The notes: generated by a model not told the origin, from the sequence alone. A stretch of DNA of 62,164 nucleotides from Capsulimonadales bacterium (GCA_033762295.1 JANRLW010000125.1:1-62164); one strand, 5' to 3'; counted from the first letter of the stretch, positions 30,967 through 41,649 are shown. Program-made: numbers and translations.

Positions 30967-31158
30967 TGTTTTCCGACCTCACAACCCAGTAATTCTCTCA
31001 GGGTTCTTTCCTACACCCAACATCGGGAGAATTAGTAGAATTATTTAGAGTAATACGCGATTCCGCCGATCTTTCCTCACCAACGGTGGCCCGTCGGTTA
31101 AGACGAACGGACACTTTTTCGAGTGCCCGAATATTTTGAGGTTTCCGGGTTTTCGCGA

Positions 31159-32328
31159 TCAATTCGGCGCGGACGCTCCGGCCCGAGCGGTCGAAAACGT
31201 CCACTTCTCCTCATAGGTCCGCTCCGGCGCTCCGGCGGCGGCGATACGCACCCGGTAGGTGGCCCCCGACAGAAGGGGCTTTTCCGGAATCAGGAGCACT
31301 CCGTTCGCGGGGCAGAGCGGGTCGTTGTCCGCCGTGTTCAGGAAGAACGGAATCACCGCGCCGGTTTCGTCGGTCAGGGAGGCTTTGACGTTACGAAGTC
31401 GGTCGGCGTCAGGCCCCTGTACGAACAGGGTGATCGGGTATCCCGTCCGTTCGAGACCGGTCGCGCCGTGGGGTTTGAGCGGTTCGTTTCCCTCCTCGGC
31501 CGGGTTCCATTCGATCGGAACTTCCGTCTGGCCGTCTCGCGGGTAGACGACAACCTCGTTTTCGCCTCCCAGGGCGAACAGCAGCGTCACGATCACCTCT
31601 CCGGTCGTTTCCCGTGCGACGCCGATCCCGATTTCGGCCTTCCCCGGCAGCAAAAACGGCGCGCGGTGGTAGGGGGCATCGAACAACGCCCGCAGGATGT
31701 CGGCAGGGGAACCGACGCCCAGTCCGACCGATTCGAAGCACGGTCCCGGATATCCGAACTCGCGGATAAGCGCGGCCAGTTCCGGAGTGTGTTCCGGATG
31801 AGCGACGGAGCGGCTGGCAAGGCGGCGCGAGTAGGCGTCGGCGGCGGCGCAAAGGCGGGGATCGAGTGTCAGCGGCGGCAGTCCCGTTCGTTCCCGCAAT
31901 CGGTCGACCACGTTCATCATCGCCGTCGTCCGGGGCGGCACGGCGGGCCATCGTTCCGTCGCGCCGATTCCCACATGAAAGGACCACATTTTCACGACCT
32001 CCGCGCCGCCGTCGAAGGTCAGTTCGCAACGGACCCGGTACTCCCCTGCGGACAGCGGTCGTTCAGGGACACCCTCCGCGCAGTGTCGATCCGCCGCAAA
32101 CGATGCCGGGACCGGTTGACCGTTCAGCGTCATTCGCACTTCGCGGACCGCGTTCGAGCAGGGACCGATTCTCCAGGCCAGTCGCGGGCGGGCGAGACGT
32201 ACCGTCTCCGTCGGCGCGACCCCCAGCGTGACGACGCGGACCTGGCCTCGGGCCATGGTCCCGTGGAAAAAGGCGAGAAGAAGAAACGGCAGAAGGAGTG
32301 TGTGTCCCGATCGTGATCTCAGTCTCAT
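31159..32328 (-). CDS. Exported CAP (SCP-like) domain protein with flanking Ig-like segments
   Basis: Signal peptide; RERTGLPPL..LCAAA..DAPYHRAPFL..IGIG; C-terminal YP..VP..GYPIT..PEKPL..TYRV..WTFST. Confidence 0.8.
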   Translation of the reverse strand: MRLRSRSGHTLLLPFLLLAFFHGTMARGQVRVVTLGVAPTETVRLARPRLAWRIGPCSNAVREVRMTLNGQPVPASFAADRHCAEGVPERPLSAGEYRVRCELTFDGGAEVVKMWSFHVGIGATERWPAVPPRTTAMMNVVDRLRERTGLPPLTLDPRLCAAADAYSRRLASRSVAHPEHTPELAALIREFGYPGPCFESVGLGVGSPADILRALFDAPYHRAPFLLPGKAEIGIGVARETTGEVIVTLLFALGGENEVVVYPRDGQTEVPIEWNPAEEGNEPLKPHGATGLERTGYPITLFVQGPDADRLRNVKASLTDETGAVIPFFLNTADNDPLCPANGVLLIPEKPLLSGATYRVRIAAAGAPERTYEEKWTFSTARAGASAPN

Positions 32329-32480
32329 GTTTTGTTCCGACCGGTGGTTTATTCCATGTCACCGGCGGAATCGTGAGATGATCCGTTCTGCGTTCCCGGC
32401 AAATCTGCCGCACGGTACCGGGCGATTTCCCTCGCTCCGGTCGTCTGCGGCAGTCTCGCCTGTTCGGTCGATTCGGGCGG

Positions 32481-33917
32481 TCAGGCGATGATCGCCCGGA
32501 TCGGTTCCACCGGGACCACCCCGACGAGTTTCTGGTTCAGCCCGTTATAGAAGTAGGAAAGCCGGTTCGGGTCCATGCCGAGCTGATGCAGAACCGTCGC
32601 ATGGAGGTTCCGCACATGGAAGCGATCCTTCGCCGCCTCCATGCCGAGTTCGTCGGTTTCCCCCGCGCTGACCCCGCCCTTGATACCGCCGCCCGCCATC
32701 CACATGGTGAATCCGTAGGCGTTATGGTCCCGTCCGTCGCCGGTGCCGTGTGAGGTGCGTCCGAACTCCCCGCCCCAGACGACCAGCGTCGAATCGAGCA
32801 TCCCCCGCTGTTTCAGGTCTTTCAGAAGGCCGGCGATCGGCTTATCGGTGCGTCCGGCGTTCCGGTTGTGGTTGGCGACGATCCCGCCGTGCGCATCCCA
32901 GAAGTGGAGGAAGTTGGTATTGCCGCCGCCCGCATACAACTGGATAAATCGGACCCCGCGTTCGGCGAGACGGCGGGCCAGCAGGCAGCGATAGCCGAAA
33001 TCCCGCGTCTCCTCCCGGTCCAGGCCGTACAGGGTCCGAATATGGTCCGGCTCTTTTGAGATATCGGTCGCTTCGGGCGCGTGCGCCTGCATTCGGAACG
33101 CGAGTTCGTAACTGGCGATGCGGGCGGACAGAGCCGGGTTTTCCGTATGCTCGCGGCGATGGGCCTCGTTCAGGCGGCCCAGGGAATCCAGCATCTCCCG
33201 CTGCATCTCCCGCGAGAGACCTTCCGGCCGCGCCAGGTCGGAGATCGGATCGCCCGCCGAACGCAGCACGGTTCCCTGGTATTCGGCGGGCATATACCCG
33301 GACGACCAGTTCTTCGCGCCGGAGATCGGGCCGCCGGTCGTGTCGGCGATCACCACATACCCCGGCAGGTCCTGGTTCATCGTGCCCAGTCCGTAGGTCA
33401 CCCAGGACCCCAGACTGGGACTGCCGCTCAATATCTTTCCGGTGTTCATCTGCAGCATGGCCGAGCCGTGGACCGGCGCATCCGAATACAGGGAGTGGAG
33501 GAAGGCGATATCATCGACGCACTCGCCGACGTTCGGATAGAGGTCCGAGACGTACTTGCCGCACTTTCCGTAGGGTTTGAACTTCCACCGGGGTTCCATC
33601 AGTTTGAGCGGTCGGGGCTGGTTCCCTTCGCGAAAACTGCGGACGGTGACCGTCTGCCCGTCGCGCCCGACCAGGTTCGGCTTGTAGTCGAACGTATCGA
33701 GCTGACTGGGGCCACCGTACATGAACAGGAAGATGACAGTTTTGGCTTTCGCCGGGAAGTGGGGCGTTTTGGGCGACAGGGCGTTCGGCGGGGCGGCCTG
33801 CGCCGCTTCTGCGAAGAACCCGTCCGCCGAGAGCATCCCGGCCAGGGCAAGGCCGGCAAACCCGCCGCCGGCCTCCCAGAGAAATTCACGCCTCGATTTT
33901 CGACAGAGTCCGTTCAT
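32481..33917 (-). CDS. DUF1501-family (sulfatase-like fold) Tat protein
   Basis: SRREFL, FMYGGPSQLDTFDYKP, PSLGSWVTYGLG, YELAFRMQ, LARRLAERGVRF, WGGEFGRT, GRDH. Confidence 0.93.
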   Translation of the reverse strand: MNGLCRKSRREFLWEAGGGFAGLALAGMLSADGFFAEAAQAAPPNALSPKTPHFPAKAKTVIFLFMYGGPSQLDTFDYKPNLVGRDGQTVTVRSFREGNQPRPLKLMEPRWKFKPYGKCGKYVSDLYPNVGECVDDIAFLHSLYSDAPVHGSAMLQMNTGKILSGSPSLGSWVTYGLGTMNQDLPGYVVIADTTGGPISGAKNWSSGYMPAEYQGTVLRSAGDPISDLARPEGLSREMQREMLDSLGRLNEAHRREHTENPALSARIASYELAFRMQAHAPEATDISKEPDHIRTLYGLDREETRDFGYRCLLARRLAERGVRFIQLYAGGGNTNFLHFWDAHGGIVANHNRNAGRTDKPIAGLLKDLKQRGMLDSTLVVWGGEFGRTSHGTGDGRDHNAYGFTMWMAGGGIKGGVSAGETDELGMEAAKDRFHVRNLHATVLHQLGMDPNRLSYFYNGLNQKLVGVVPVEPIRAIIA

Positions 33918-33945
33918 TCGTTCCCTTCCCGCGTTCCCTTCCCGA

Positions 33946-36810
33946 TCAATCGACATAGAAAAACTCGTTCAGATTCAGCGCCGTCAGGGCCAGGTAGTGA
34001 CGCGCCCGCTCCTCGTTCGCTCCGCGCCGCTTCAGCCGTTCCATCAGGGCGACGCTCTCGGCGATCTGCGCTCCGGTCGGCGGACGCTGCAACACCAGAG
34101 AAAGGAGCCGTCGCGCGAACGCCGTGCCTTCCGTCCCCGCCTCTTTCGCCACCCGTCCGGCCAGAACCGCCGCCTGCCGGTGGGTCAGGTCGCCGTTCAT
34201 CATCGCCAGAGCCTGCGTCGGCTGCACCGAGGCAAACCGGAACGGGCTCGTTCGGTCGGTCTCGGGCAGGTCGAACGAGGCCAGCAACGGATAGATCAGC
34301 GACCGCTTGACATGAATATAGATGCTGCGCCGGTTCCGATCCTCCGGTGTCATCCGGTCGGTGTGCCATCCCGCGCCGGGAATCGACTGTCCGGCCAGGA
34401 TGTCCTTCGGGATCTCCGGGTAGACGGACGGACCGTACAGGATCGGGTTCAGGTTCCCGGCGACGGCGAGCAGGCTGTCGCGAATCTCCTCGGCGGTCAG
34501 GCGGCGCGGCTCAAACCGGCCGAACAGATCGTTCTCCGGATCGCGTGCCCGTGCGACGGTCGTTCCGCGCGCGGACTGCCGGTAGGTGTTCGAGTTCAGG
34601 ATCAGGCGGTGCATCGCCTTGATGCTCCAGCCCTGCCGGATAAACTCGGCGGCGAGCCAGTCGAGCAGTTCGGGATGGGTCGGCGGCGCGCCCTGCAGTC
34701 CGAAATCGTTCGGGGTCCGTACGATCCCGCGACCGAAATGGTGCTGCCACAGCCGATTGACAAACACACGCGCCGTCAGCGGGTTATCGGGAGACGCCAG
34801 CCAGTGGGCGAGAGCCGTTCGTCGTCCGGCGGACTTTGCCCCGGACGGCGGTGCCACCGTCGCCGTCCCGCCGCCGATACAGACCGGGAACCCCGGTTCG
34901 ACCTTCGCCCGGGGCGCGGTCGGGTCGCCCCGCTCCAGCACGAACGTCTCCGGCGCGGTCGGTCCCGACTCGGTCACGACCAGCACCCGGTCGGGCGCGG
35001 CGTCCTGCTTCGCCAGTTCGTCCCGCTCCTTGATGAGTTCCGCGTAGCGCTTCGCCTTCTCCGCTCCGAGAAGCAGGGGAATCTCGGCGCTTTCGATCGC
35101 CGGCAGGCTCGCCGGGGCGACGCTCTCCGGCGCGGAAAGCGACCGCCGCGCGAAGCCGGGACCGCTCCAGGCCAGACTGATGCCGGCCGGGCCAACCGCC
35201 TGCTGGTATTCCAGCCGGAAGGACACCCGTCCCGCCGCCAGTCGGACCTCCGCTTTCCGTTCGGTATCCGGCCCGGAGGGAGCGGTCGTTTCCAGGGTCT
35301 TTTGTCCGTTGATTCGCAGTCGGGAACCGTCATCGGTATCGAGATGGAACGTATACTCGCCGTCACGCGGAATATTCAGCGTTCCCTCGAACACGAAGCC
35401 GTAGTTCTCCTCGCGCTTTCGCGGACGCAGGTCGAGGAAGCCGGGGTTCAGCGTTCCGGTCGCCGTCGGTTTCAGCGCGTCGAAATCCGGGATTCCCGGC
35501 CAGGTCCCTTCGTAGTAACGATAGACGACGTCGGTCAGGTCGTCCGCCCGCATCGCGCGCGCCCGTTCCAGGCGGTGCGCGGTCGTTATCTCCCGGAGCA
35601 GGCGTTCGTTCTCCGCCCGCTTCGCCGCCAGGGCGGCGGCCCGCGCTTCGTACTCCTTTTTACGCGCCTCGGTGGCGAAATAGACGGCTTCATCGGTCGG
35701 TCCGCCGTTGCGGAAACGGTTGACGTTTCGAAAGAACGAGACGAACCGATAGTAGTCCTGCTGTGAGATCGGATCGAGTTTATGATCGTGGCAGCGGGCG
35801 CAATCCAGGGTCAGACCGAGAAAGGTCTGTCCCGTCGTCGTGACCAGATCGTCCAGGTCATCGAACTCCGCCTGTTTGACGTCCGCCGGTTCGTCGTCCC
35901 AGATGCCGAGACGGTAATATCCCGTGGCGACCAGAGCCGCCTCGTTTCCGCCGGGAAGCTCGTCGCCGGCGATCTGCTCGCGGATGAACCGGTCAAACGG
36001 CAGGTCCTCATTGAACGATCGAATGACATAGTCCCGGTACTTGTAGGCGTGGGGTTTGGGATTATCCCGTTCGTAGGAGTTGGTTTCCGCATAGCGTACG
36101 AGATCGAGCCAGTGCCGCGCCCACTTCTCCCCGTAATGCGGCGACGCCAGCAGTCGGTCCACCAATCGGGCGTAGGCATCGGGAGCGGGATCGGCTACGA
36201 AGGCCGCGACCTCCTCCGGCGTCGGAGGCAATCCGGTCAGGTCGTAGGAAAGTCGTCGGATCAGTTCCGGGCGGGACGCGTTCGGCGACAGGGTCATCCC
36301 CTTCGCTTCCAGTCGTCGGAGCACGAAGGCGTCGATCGGATTTCGGACGGAGGTTTTCGCGCGCACCGGCGGGACGGACGGACGACGTAACGGCTGAAAC
36401 ACCCGGTGCTGCCTGCCCTTTTCCGCCAGGGTTTCGACCGGGATCGTCTTTCCGGCCGGCCACTTCGCCCCGGTTCGTACCCAGTGTGCCAGCGTCGCGA
36501 TTTTATCCGCCGGAAGCGCGCCGCCCGGGGGCATCCGGGTCTTGCCGCCCTCGCCTCGAACGCGTCGCAGCATCTCCTCCGCCTGCGCGATCGTAACCGG
36601 AGCGTCCAGTCGCAGTCCGCCCTGCGGGTGTTCCTTGCCGTGACAACTGACGCAGGAAGACAGGAGCAGCGGGCGCACCTTCGTTTCGAAAAGGGCGTTC
36701 TCCCGACCGGACGATACCGGAGGAGCGGCCGGGGTCCGCCCCGCCGCCATCAGAGCCAGCAGGATCGCCGCTCCCGCCGCCGTTGCGTTCGCCACCCGGT
36801 ACCACCGCAT
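33946..36810 (-). CDS. PSCyt1/DUF1549/DUF1553 (PSD1) cytochrome-c protein with PA14 insert
   Basis: CVSCH, CARCHDHK, NPIDAFV, LTGLPP, SPHYGEKWARHWLD, ARVFVNRLWQHHFGRG, HPELLDWLA; PA14 (YGFVFEG..YTFHLDTDDGSRL). Start MRWYRV at 36810. Confidence 0.92.
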   Translation of the reverse strand: MRWYRVANATAAGAAILLALMAAGRTPAAPPVSSGRENALFETKVRPLLLSSCVSCHGKEHPQGGLRLDAPVTIAQAEEMLRRVRGEGGKTRMPPGGALPADKIATLAHWVRTGAKWPAGKTIPVETLAEKGRQHRVFQPLRRPSVPPVRAKTSVRNPIDAFVLRRLEAKGMTLSPNASRPELIRRLSYDLTGLPPTPEEVAAFVADPAPDAYARLVDRLLASPHYGEKWARHWLDLVRYAETNSYERDNPKPHAYKYRDYVIRSFNEDLPFDRFIREQIAGDELPGGNEAALVATGYYRLGIWDDEPADVKQAEFDDLDDLVTTTGQTFLGLTLDCARCHDHKLDPISQQDYYRFVSFFRNVNRFRNGGPTDEAVYFATEARKKEYEARAAALAAKRAENERLLREITTAHRLERARAMRADDLTDVVYRYYEGTWPGIPDFDALKPTATGTLNPGFLDLRPRKREENYGFVFEGTLNIPRDGEYTFHLDTDDGSRLRINGQKTLETTAPSGPDTERKAEVRLAAGRVSFRLEYQQAVGPAGISLAWSGPGFARRSLSAPESVAPASLPAIESAEIPLLLGAEKAKRYAELIKERDELAKQDAAPDRVLVVTESGPTAPETFVLERGDPTAPRAKVEPGFPVCIGGGTATVAPPSGAKSAGRRTALAHWLASPDNPLTARVFVNRLWQHHFGRGIVRTPNDFGLQGAPPTHPELLDWLAAEFIRQGWSIKAMHRLILNSNTYRQSARGTTVARARDPENDLFGRFEPRRLTAEEIRDSLLAVAGNLNPILYGPSVYPEIPKDILAGQSIPGAGWHTDRMTPEDRNRRSIYIHVKRSLIYPLLASFDLPETDRTSPFRFASVQPTQALAMMNGDLTHRQAAVLAGRVAKEAGTEGTAFARRLLSLVLQRPPTGAQIAESVALMERLKRRGANEERARHYLALTALNLNEFFYVD

Positions 36811-36966
36811 CTCGGTTCCGTCTCCCTCGCCCCGATGCGTCGTCACCCCGCCGAGGTTCATCATTATACCCCGCGAACGCGACTCCTTGCCAAGTTCGCA
36901 GCGACCGTCGCTCCGACGCGGGTATAATCGGAACGGCACCCTTGCTTTGCGAAAGGCCCGATTCCG

Positions 36967-38337
36967 ATGTCCCCGAACCCCGATGCCACCGCTCCGAACG
37001 CCGACGATGCGCCGTCCGCCCCCCGCTACCCCGGCCCGATCTCCGCCTCGATGCTGGAGGAACTGGGACGGTACGTGATCGCGACCCCCTACCCGTTCGT
37101 CGTCGATCTGGAACGGTCCGAGGGGATGTATCTGGCAACGGTCGACGGGCAGCGGCTGTTCGACTGGGCCGGATATTTCGGCTCGAAACTGATCGGGCAT
37201 AACCATCCCCGGTTATACGAACCGGAGTATGTCCGACGGCTGATTCGAGCCGCCAACAACAAGACCGCCAACCCGGACTTTCTGACGGCGGAATGCCTGG
37301 AGTACTACCGCCTGCTCTACCGCCTGTCTCCCGAATCGATGCGCAACCCGAGGCTGGAGGTCTATGCGGTCAACAGCGGCGCGGAAGCGGTCGAAAACAT
37401 GCTCAAGTATCTGGTCGCCCGCTTCAACGCCAAGCGACGTAGCGCCGGAAAGCCGATCACCGGACGCCGCTTCCTCTATTTCGACCAGGCGTTCCACGGG
37501 CGAACGGTGTTCGCCCTTCAGGTCACGCAAACGCTCGATCCGGTGGCGACCAAGGATTTCCATGGCCTGTCGAGCGTCGGCAATATCAAGGTGCCGTTCC
37601 CGGCCGTCAATACGTCGGAACCGGCGGCCGTCACCGGGGCGCGTACCGACGATGCCCTGCGGATGGTCGAACTGGCTCTCGAACAGATGGCGGACGATAT
37701 CGTCGGCATCATCGTCGAGCCGATCCAGGGCGCGGGTGGTCAGCGCGTCGCCGAACCGCGCTTTTTCCGTCGCCTTTCCGAACTGGCGCACCTTCACGAC
37801 GTCTATCTCGCCTTCGACGAGGTGCAGACGTCGCTCGGCCCGACCGGGAAACTGTTCGCGATCGACCATTTCGACCTTCCCTACCCGCCGATGGCGGTTG
37901 CGGTCGGCAAGAAGTACGGCACCGGCGCGGTCTATATGTACGAACCGCTCTACGATGTCGGGGTGCTCGACTCGACCTGGGGCGGAACCCTGGCCGATAT
38001 GGTGCGGGTCGTCCAGGAGGTGAAGATCGTCGAGGAGGAGGGGTTGATCGAACGCGCCGGAATCCATGGCGAGCGATTGGCCGAAGGCTTACGCACGCTC
38101 GCCGCTCGCCCGGGGTCGCCGATCCGCAACGTTCGCGGCATGGGTCTGTACCAGGGGTTTTCCCTCGACACGCCGGCGGACAAGGCCCGACTGATCGAGA
38201 TCGCGCGCGAGGAGTTCGATCTGCTCCTGCTTGGCGCGGGCGCCAATTCGATCCGAACGCGCCCCAGCCTGTCGGTGACGGCCGAGGAGATCGACCTCTT
38301 TCTGGAACTGCTGGATCGGGCCGTAAGCCGGCTTTGA
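36967..38337 (+). CDS. Class III PLP aminotransferase (L-lysine 6-transaminase-like)
   Basis: GHNHP, SGAEAVEN, FHGRT, EPIQGAGG, FDEVQT, VGKK, STWGG, VRGMG. Confidence 0.88.
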   Translation: MSPNPDATAPNADDAPSAPRYPGPISASMLEELGRYVIATPYPFVVDLERSEGMYLATVDGQRLFDWAGYFGSKLIGHNHPRLYEPEYVRRLIRAANNKTANPDFLTAECLEYYRLLYRLSPESMRNPRLEVYAVNSGAEAVENMLKYLVARFNAKRRSAGKPITGRRFLYFDQAFHGRTVFALQVTQTLDPVATKDFHGLSSVGNIKVPFPAVNTSEPAAVTGARTDDALRMVELALEQMADDIVGIIVEPIQGAGGQRVAEPRFFRRLSELAHLHDVYLAFDEVQTSLGPTGKLFAIDHFDLPYPPMAVAVGKKYGTGAVYMYEPLYDVGVLDSTWGGTLADMVRVVQEVKIVEEEGLIERAGIHGERLAEGLRTLAARPGSPIRNVRGMGLYQGFSLDTPADKARLIEIAREEFDLLLLGAGANSIRTRPSLSVTAEEIDLFLELLDRAVSRL

Positions 38338-38482
38338 ATCGCTTCCGTTTTGCCCGCCGTTTTGCCCGCCGTTTCCGCAACGGAGGCAAAAATGGTGAAG
38401 CCGCACTCCTTCGTCGCAGTCATACGGATGGGAATGGGCCATAATGAAGGCATTGTTCCGTCCTCCCGGGAGAAGTACGACT

Positions 38483-41400
38483 ATGCGTTTTCCTCGTCGC
38501 GCCCGTTGCGCGCCGACGTTCCGAATTCTGTTCGCGCTGTGGACCGCACTCGTGGTCGCCGCCTCCGTTCCGGCGCATGCCCAGCGATCTCCGTATTTCA
38601 ATATCATCAATGAGCGGTTCGCCACCGTTTCGAACGGGCCGCAGAATACCCTGATCGTCGATGTTCCCGACAATGCCGACCCGGACCAGATCCGGCAGGC
38701 GACGCTCCGTCGGGCGCGCGGCGTCCTGACGGCACAGGCACGTACCCTCGCCCCGCAACTGACGGCCATGGAGCGGGCGGGCCTGATACGACCGGGCGCG
38801 GTCTTCCCGGTCGGGCAGATCGTCACGCTCCGGCAGAACGGTCGTCCGGTGACGCCCACACGCAAACCGGGCCGCGCCGTTCCCGGCGATGGGACGCTGA
38901 CCTTTCGCTACACCGGCTTTAACGAAACCGACCGGGAACTGCTCACCGGGTTCATCGCCCTCGCCCTGCCCCGTATCGAAGCGATCTACGGTAAACCGGC
39001 CGTGTCCGGAGAGGTTGAGATCGTAAACGCCGGGAACCTGATCAATACCACGATTCCCGAGACCCGCCGTTTCGCCTATGGCATCTACAACCCGTCGACG
39101 AACCAGATCTTTCTGCCGCTGTTCGTCGACCCGCGCGGATCGCTCCAGGCGTTGCTCCTGAACCTCGTTTTCGCCTTCCACGGACCGGCGGTCCTGCAGT
39201 ACGACGCCTGGGAACAGGGCATGGCGCGCGCGGTCGCCGCTCTGGTTTTGCGCAATCCGGAGTTCAACACCAACTACGGTATGGATGACCCGTCGGCCAA
39301 CTCGCTCTATTCGCTGATGCGGTTTTACGATCTCCTGAACCAGCCGCCTCTCGGGAACAACACCTTCTTCCCGCCATCACAGACCAATATTCCGATCGAC
39401 GGTCAGATCACCGTCGCCAAGATGCTCTGGGCGCGTATCGGTATGAGCGGCGCGGCCTGGCTGAAGGTCTTTATCGAGAATCCCAGTTTCTTTCGCGACT
39501 TCAACGCCGCCTACTACGCCCAGGTCACTCCGGGCGCACAGCCGAGCCTTGCCGGGAATGTTCCCGCCCTGAAGCAGATCGCGGCGTCGCTCCTGCCCAA
39601 CGGGGTGGAAGGCATCCCGTTCAACGACTGGTACGCGCGGCAGTACGTTCTCGATACGAGCGTCTCGCCCGGCGTGAAACTCTATGCCTTCGTCATTCCG
39701 GCCGGGTTCGACGAGAACCAGCGACAGCAGCACTCCGTCACTCTCGTGTACTATCGAACCGAGCGGACCGGCGACGAAAACGTGCTGGCCGGACGCGCCT
39801 ACGGTCTGTATACCGACGCCTCCAACAAGACGGTTTCGTTCGGTGCGGCGTCCGAACAGGCACCGATCACCGAGGGGGAAGGCGGTCTGACCGTCGTCAC
39901 CACCAACACGCAGGGCAGCGACGCCCAGCGGTTGACGATGGATTTCACGGTCGGCGACGCGGTCGCCCGCACCTATCTGCCGGTCGGGTTCAACGGGGAC
40001 GTTCAGGGCGTTCTTCTCGCGCCGAACGGGGCAACGAAAGTTTCCGTGCGCCAGGATTCCGAACTCGGCGTCCCGGTCCGCGAAAGGAACGACCAGACGG
40101 TCGAGGGCGCGGCGTTCGGCGTTCCCCTCGGCGTCACGCCCGGCGACCTCGGACGGCTGACCTTCTCGGTCACCGACGGCACCAACACGCGAACCTGGAA
40201 GGTCAACGTCGCCGGTGACGCCTACTACGCCATCCTCCGGGACGGCAGCACGGGAGGCGGCGTGATTACCGTCGCGAAAACCTTCCCATCGCACCCGGTC
40301 GCCTATCTCGTCTCGTTCCCCGTTCAGCCGCTCAGCACGAATATCGCCGAGGCGCTGTCACTCCCCGGAACCGATTTCCTGCTGTCCGCCTGGAATCCGC
40401 TCCAGGCGAGCTATGAAACGTTCCAGCCGGATACCCCGTCGGTCGCCCCGATTCGCACCGGGCGCGGTTACTGGCTCAAAGTCAGCCCGCAGGACGGCGC
40501 GGCCGAGCGTACCGTGACGGTCACCGGAACGCCGCCGCCGTCCGACACCGACCTGGCGGTACCGTGCAGCTTCGGCTGGAACCTGATCGGTTCGCCCTTT
40601 TCCACCACGATCGATGTCACCACCGTCCAGGTGAAATACCTGCAGAACGACCCGATTTCCTGGGAGCAAGCCGTCGAACAGAATCTGGTCGCCGCCTTGC
40701 CGTTCACCCTCAACCGGCAGAACGGGCAGTATGGAACGGTCAACGCCTTTGTCGGGGGCGAATGGCAGGGCTACTGGCTCCGTGTTCTCGTCCCGTCGGG
40801 CATCACGCTGATCCTGCCGGGACCGAACGCGCCCACACGCGCCGCCCGGTCGCGGGCGGCGGTCCCGTACCGCTCCGCCCGGCCCGACTGGCAGATACGT
40901 ATCTCGGCGCGCGCCGATCTGAACGGCCGCACGAGTGTCGGGGAAGCGTATCTCGGAGCGGCGCCGGGAGCGTCCCGGGCGTTCGACAACCGCTTCGACC
41001 GCGAGGAACCGCCCGCCATCGTTCCGCAGGTCGGGATTTCCTTCGTCAACCGGGAGTTCAAGGCGGCCGGCGGACGGTTCGTCCGTGACTTCCGTGGCAC
41101 CGAGGAGGCGACGACCGCGACCTGGGATGTCCAGGTCGTCTCTCCGGCGGACGGTCCGGTGACCCTGACCTGGGACGGATGGAACGGGGGAGCCCGACGG
41201 CGGCAACTGACGCTGATCGATACCACAACCGGCGAGCGCATCGGACTGCGTTCCCGCTCCGGCTTCACGTTCCCCGCGAAAGCGGGCGTCACCCGGTCAT
41301 TCCAAATCGTCGCCGAACGCGGGGAATCGCTGCCGCTCCAAATTCTGAACGTCATGACCCTTCCCAGCCGGGCGACCGGCGGGGGAATCAGCCTTTCCTA

Positions 41401-41635
41401 TACTCTGAGCCGTGCGGCGGACGTTCGCGCCGAACTCACGACCATCAGCGGCAAGGTCATGGCCCGACAGAGCCTCGGACGGGCCGCGGCCGGGGGCGCT
41501 CAGAGATTCGTTCTGAACGCACGCTCCCAGAACGGGGCGTCCCTTCCGCCGGGTCCCTACCTGCTTTCCCTGACCGCCCGGGACGAGAACGGCAATCAGG
41601 CGCAGTCTCGCCGTGTCGTGACACTCCTTCAGTAA
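38483..41635 (+). CDS. Large exported protein: degenerate gluzincin-like domain, beta-rich domains and FlgD-Ig-like C-terminus
   Basis: Signal peptide ending AHA-Q; LPRIEAIYGKP..LLLNLVFAFHG..AWEQGMA; GRGYWL, GWNLIGSPF; C-terminal ISLSYTL..GKVM..SLPPGPYLLSLTA. Confidence 0.75.
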   Translation: MRFPRRARCAPTFRILFALWTALVVAASVPAHAQRSPYFNIINERFATVSNGPQNTLIVDVPDNADPDQIRQATLRRARGVLTAQARTLAPQLTAMERAGLIRPGAVFPVGQIVTLRQNGRPVTPTRKPGRAVPGDGTLTFRYTGFNETDRELLTGFIALALPRIEAIYGKPAVSGEVEIVNAGNLINTTIPETRRFAYGIYNPSTNQIFLPLFVDPRGSLQALLLNLVFAFHGPAVLQYDAWEQGMARAVAALVLRNPEFNTNYGMDDPSANSLYSLMRFYDLLNQPPLGNNTFFPPSQTNIPIDGQITVAKMLWARIGMSGAAWLKVFIENPSFFRDFNAAYYAQVTPGAQPSLAGNVPALKQIAASLLPNGVEGIPFNDWYARQYVLDTSVSPGVKLYAFVIPAGFDENQRQQHSVTLVYYRTERTGDENVLAGRAYGLYTDASNKTVSFGAASEQAPITEGEGGLTVVTTNTQGSDAQRLTMDFTVGDAVARTYLPVGFNGDVQGVLLAPNGATKVSVRQDSELGVPVRERNDQTVEGAAFGVPLGVTPGDLGRLTFSVTDGTNTRTWKVNVAGDAYYAILRDGSTGGGVITVAKTFPSHPVAYLVSFPVQPLSTNIAEALSLPGTDFLLSAWNPLQASYETFQPDTPSVAPIRTGRGYWLKVSPQDGAAERTVTVTGTPPPSDTDLAVPCSFGWNLIGSPFSTTIDVTTVQVKYLQNDPISWEQAVEQNLVAALPFTLNRQNGQYGTVNAFVGGEWQGYWLRVLVPSGITLILPGPNAPTRAARSRAAVPYRSARPDWQIRISARADLNGRTSVGEAYLGAAPGASRAFDNRFDREEPPAIVPQVGISFVNREFKAAGGRFVRDFRGTEEATTATWDVQVVSPADGPVTLTWDGWNGGARRRQLTLIDTTTGERIGLRSRSGFTFPAKAGVTRSFQIVAERGESLPLQILNVMTLPSRATGGGISLSYTLSRAADVRAELTTISGKVMARQSLGRAAAGGAQRFVLNARSQNGASLPPGPYLLSLTARDENGNQAQSRRVVTLLQ

Positions 41636-41649
41636 CCGATCAGTAACCG

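Noticed and set aside
36811..37206. Extended start of the PSD1 cytochrome ORF
   Set aside because: Overlaps the divergent aminotransferase gene; the signal peptide begins at 36810.
38345..38380. 12-bp tandem repeat CCGTTTTGCCCG x2.5
   Set aside because: Short intergenic slippage-type repeat with no supportable function.
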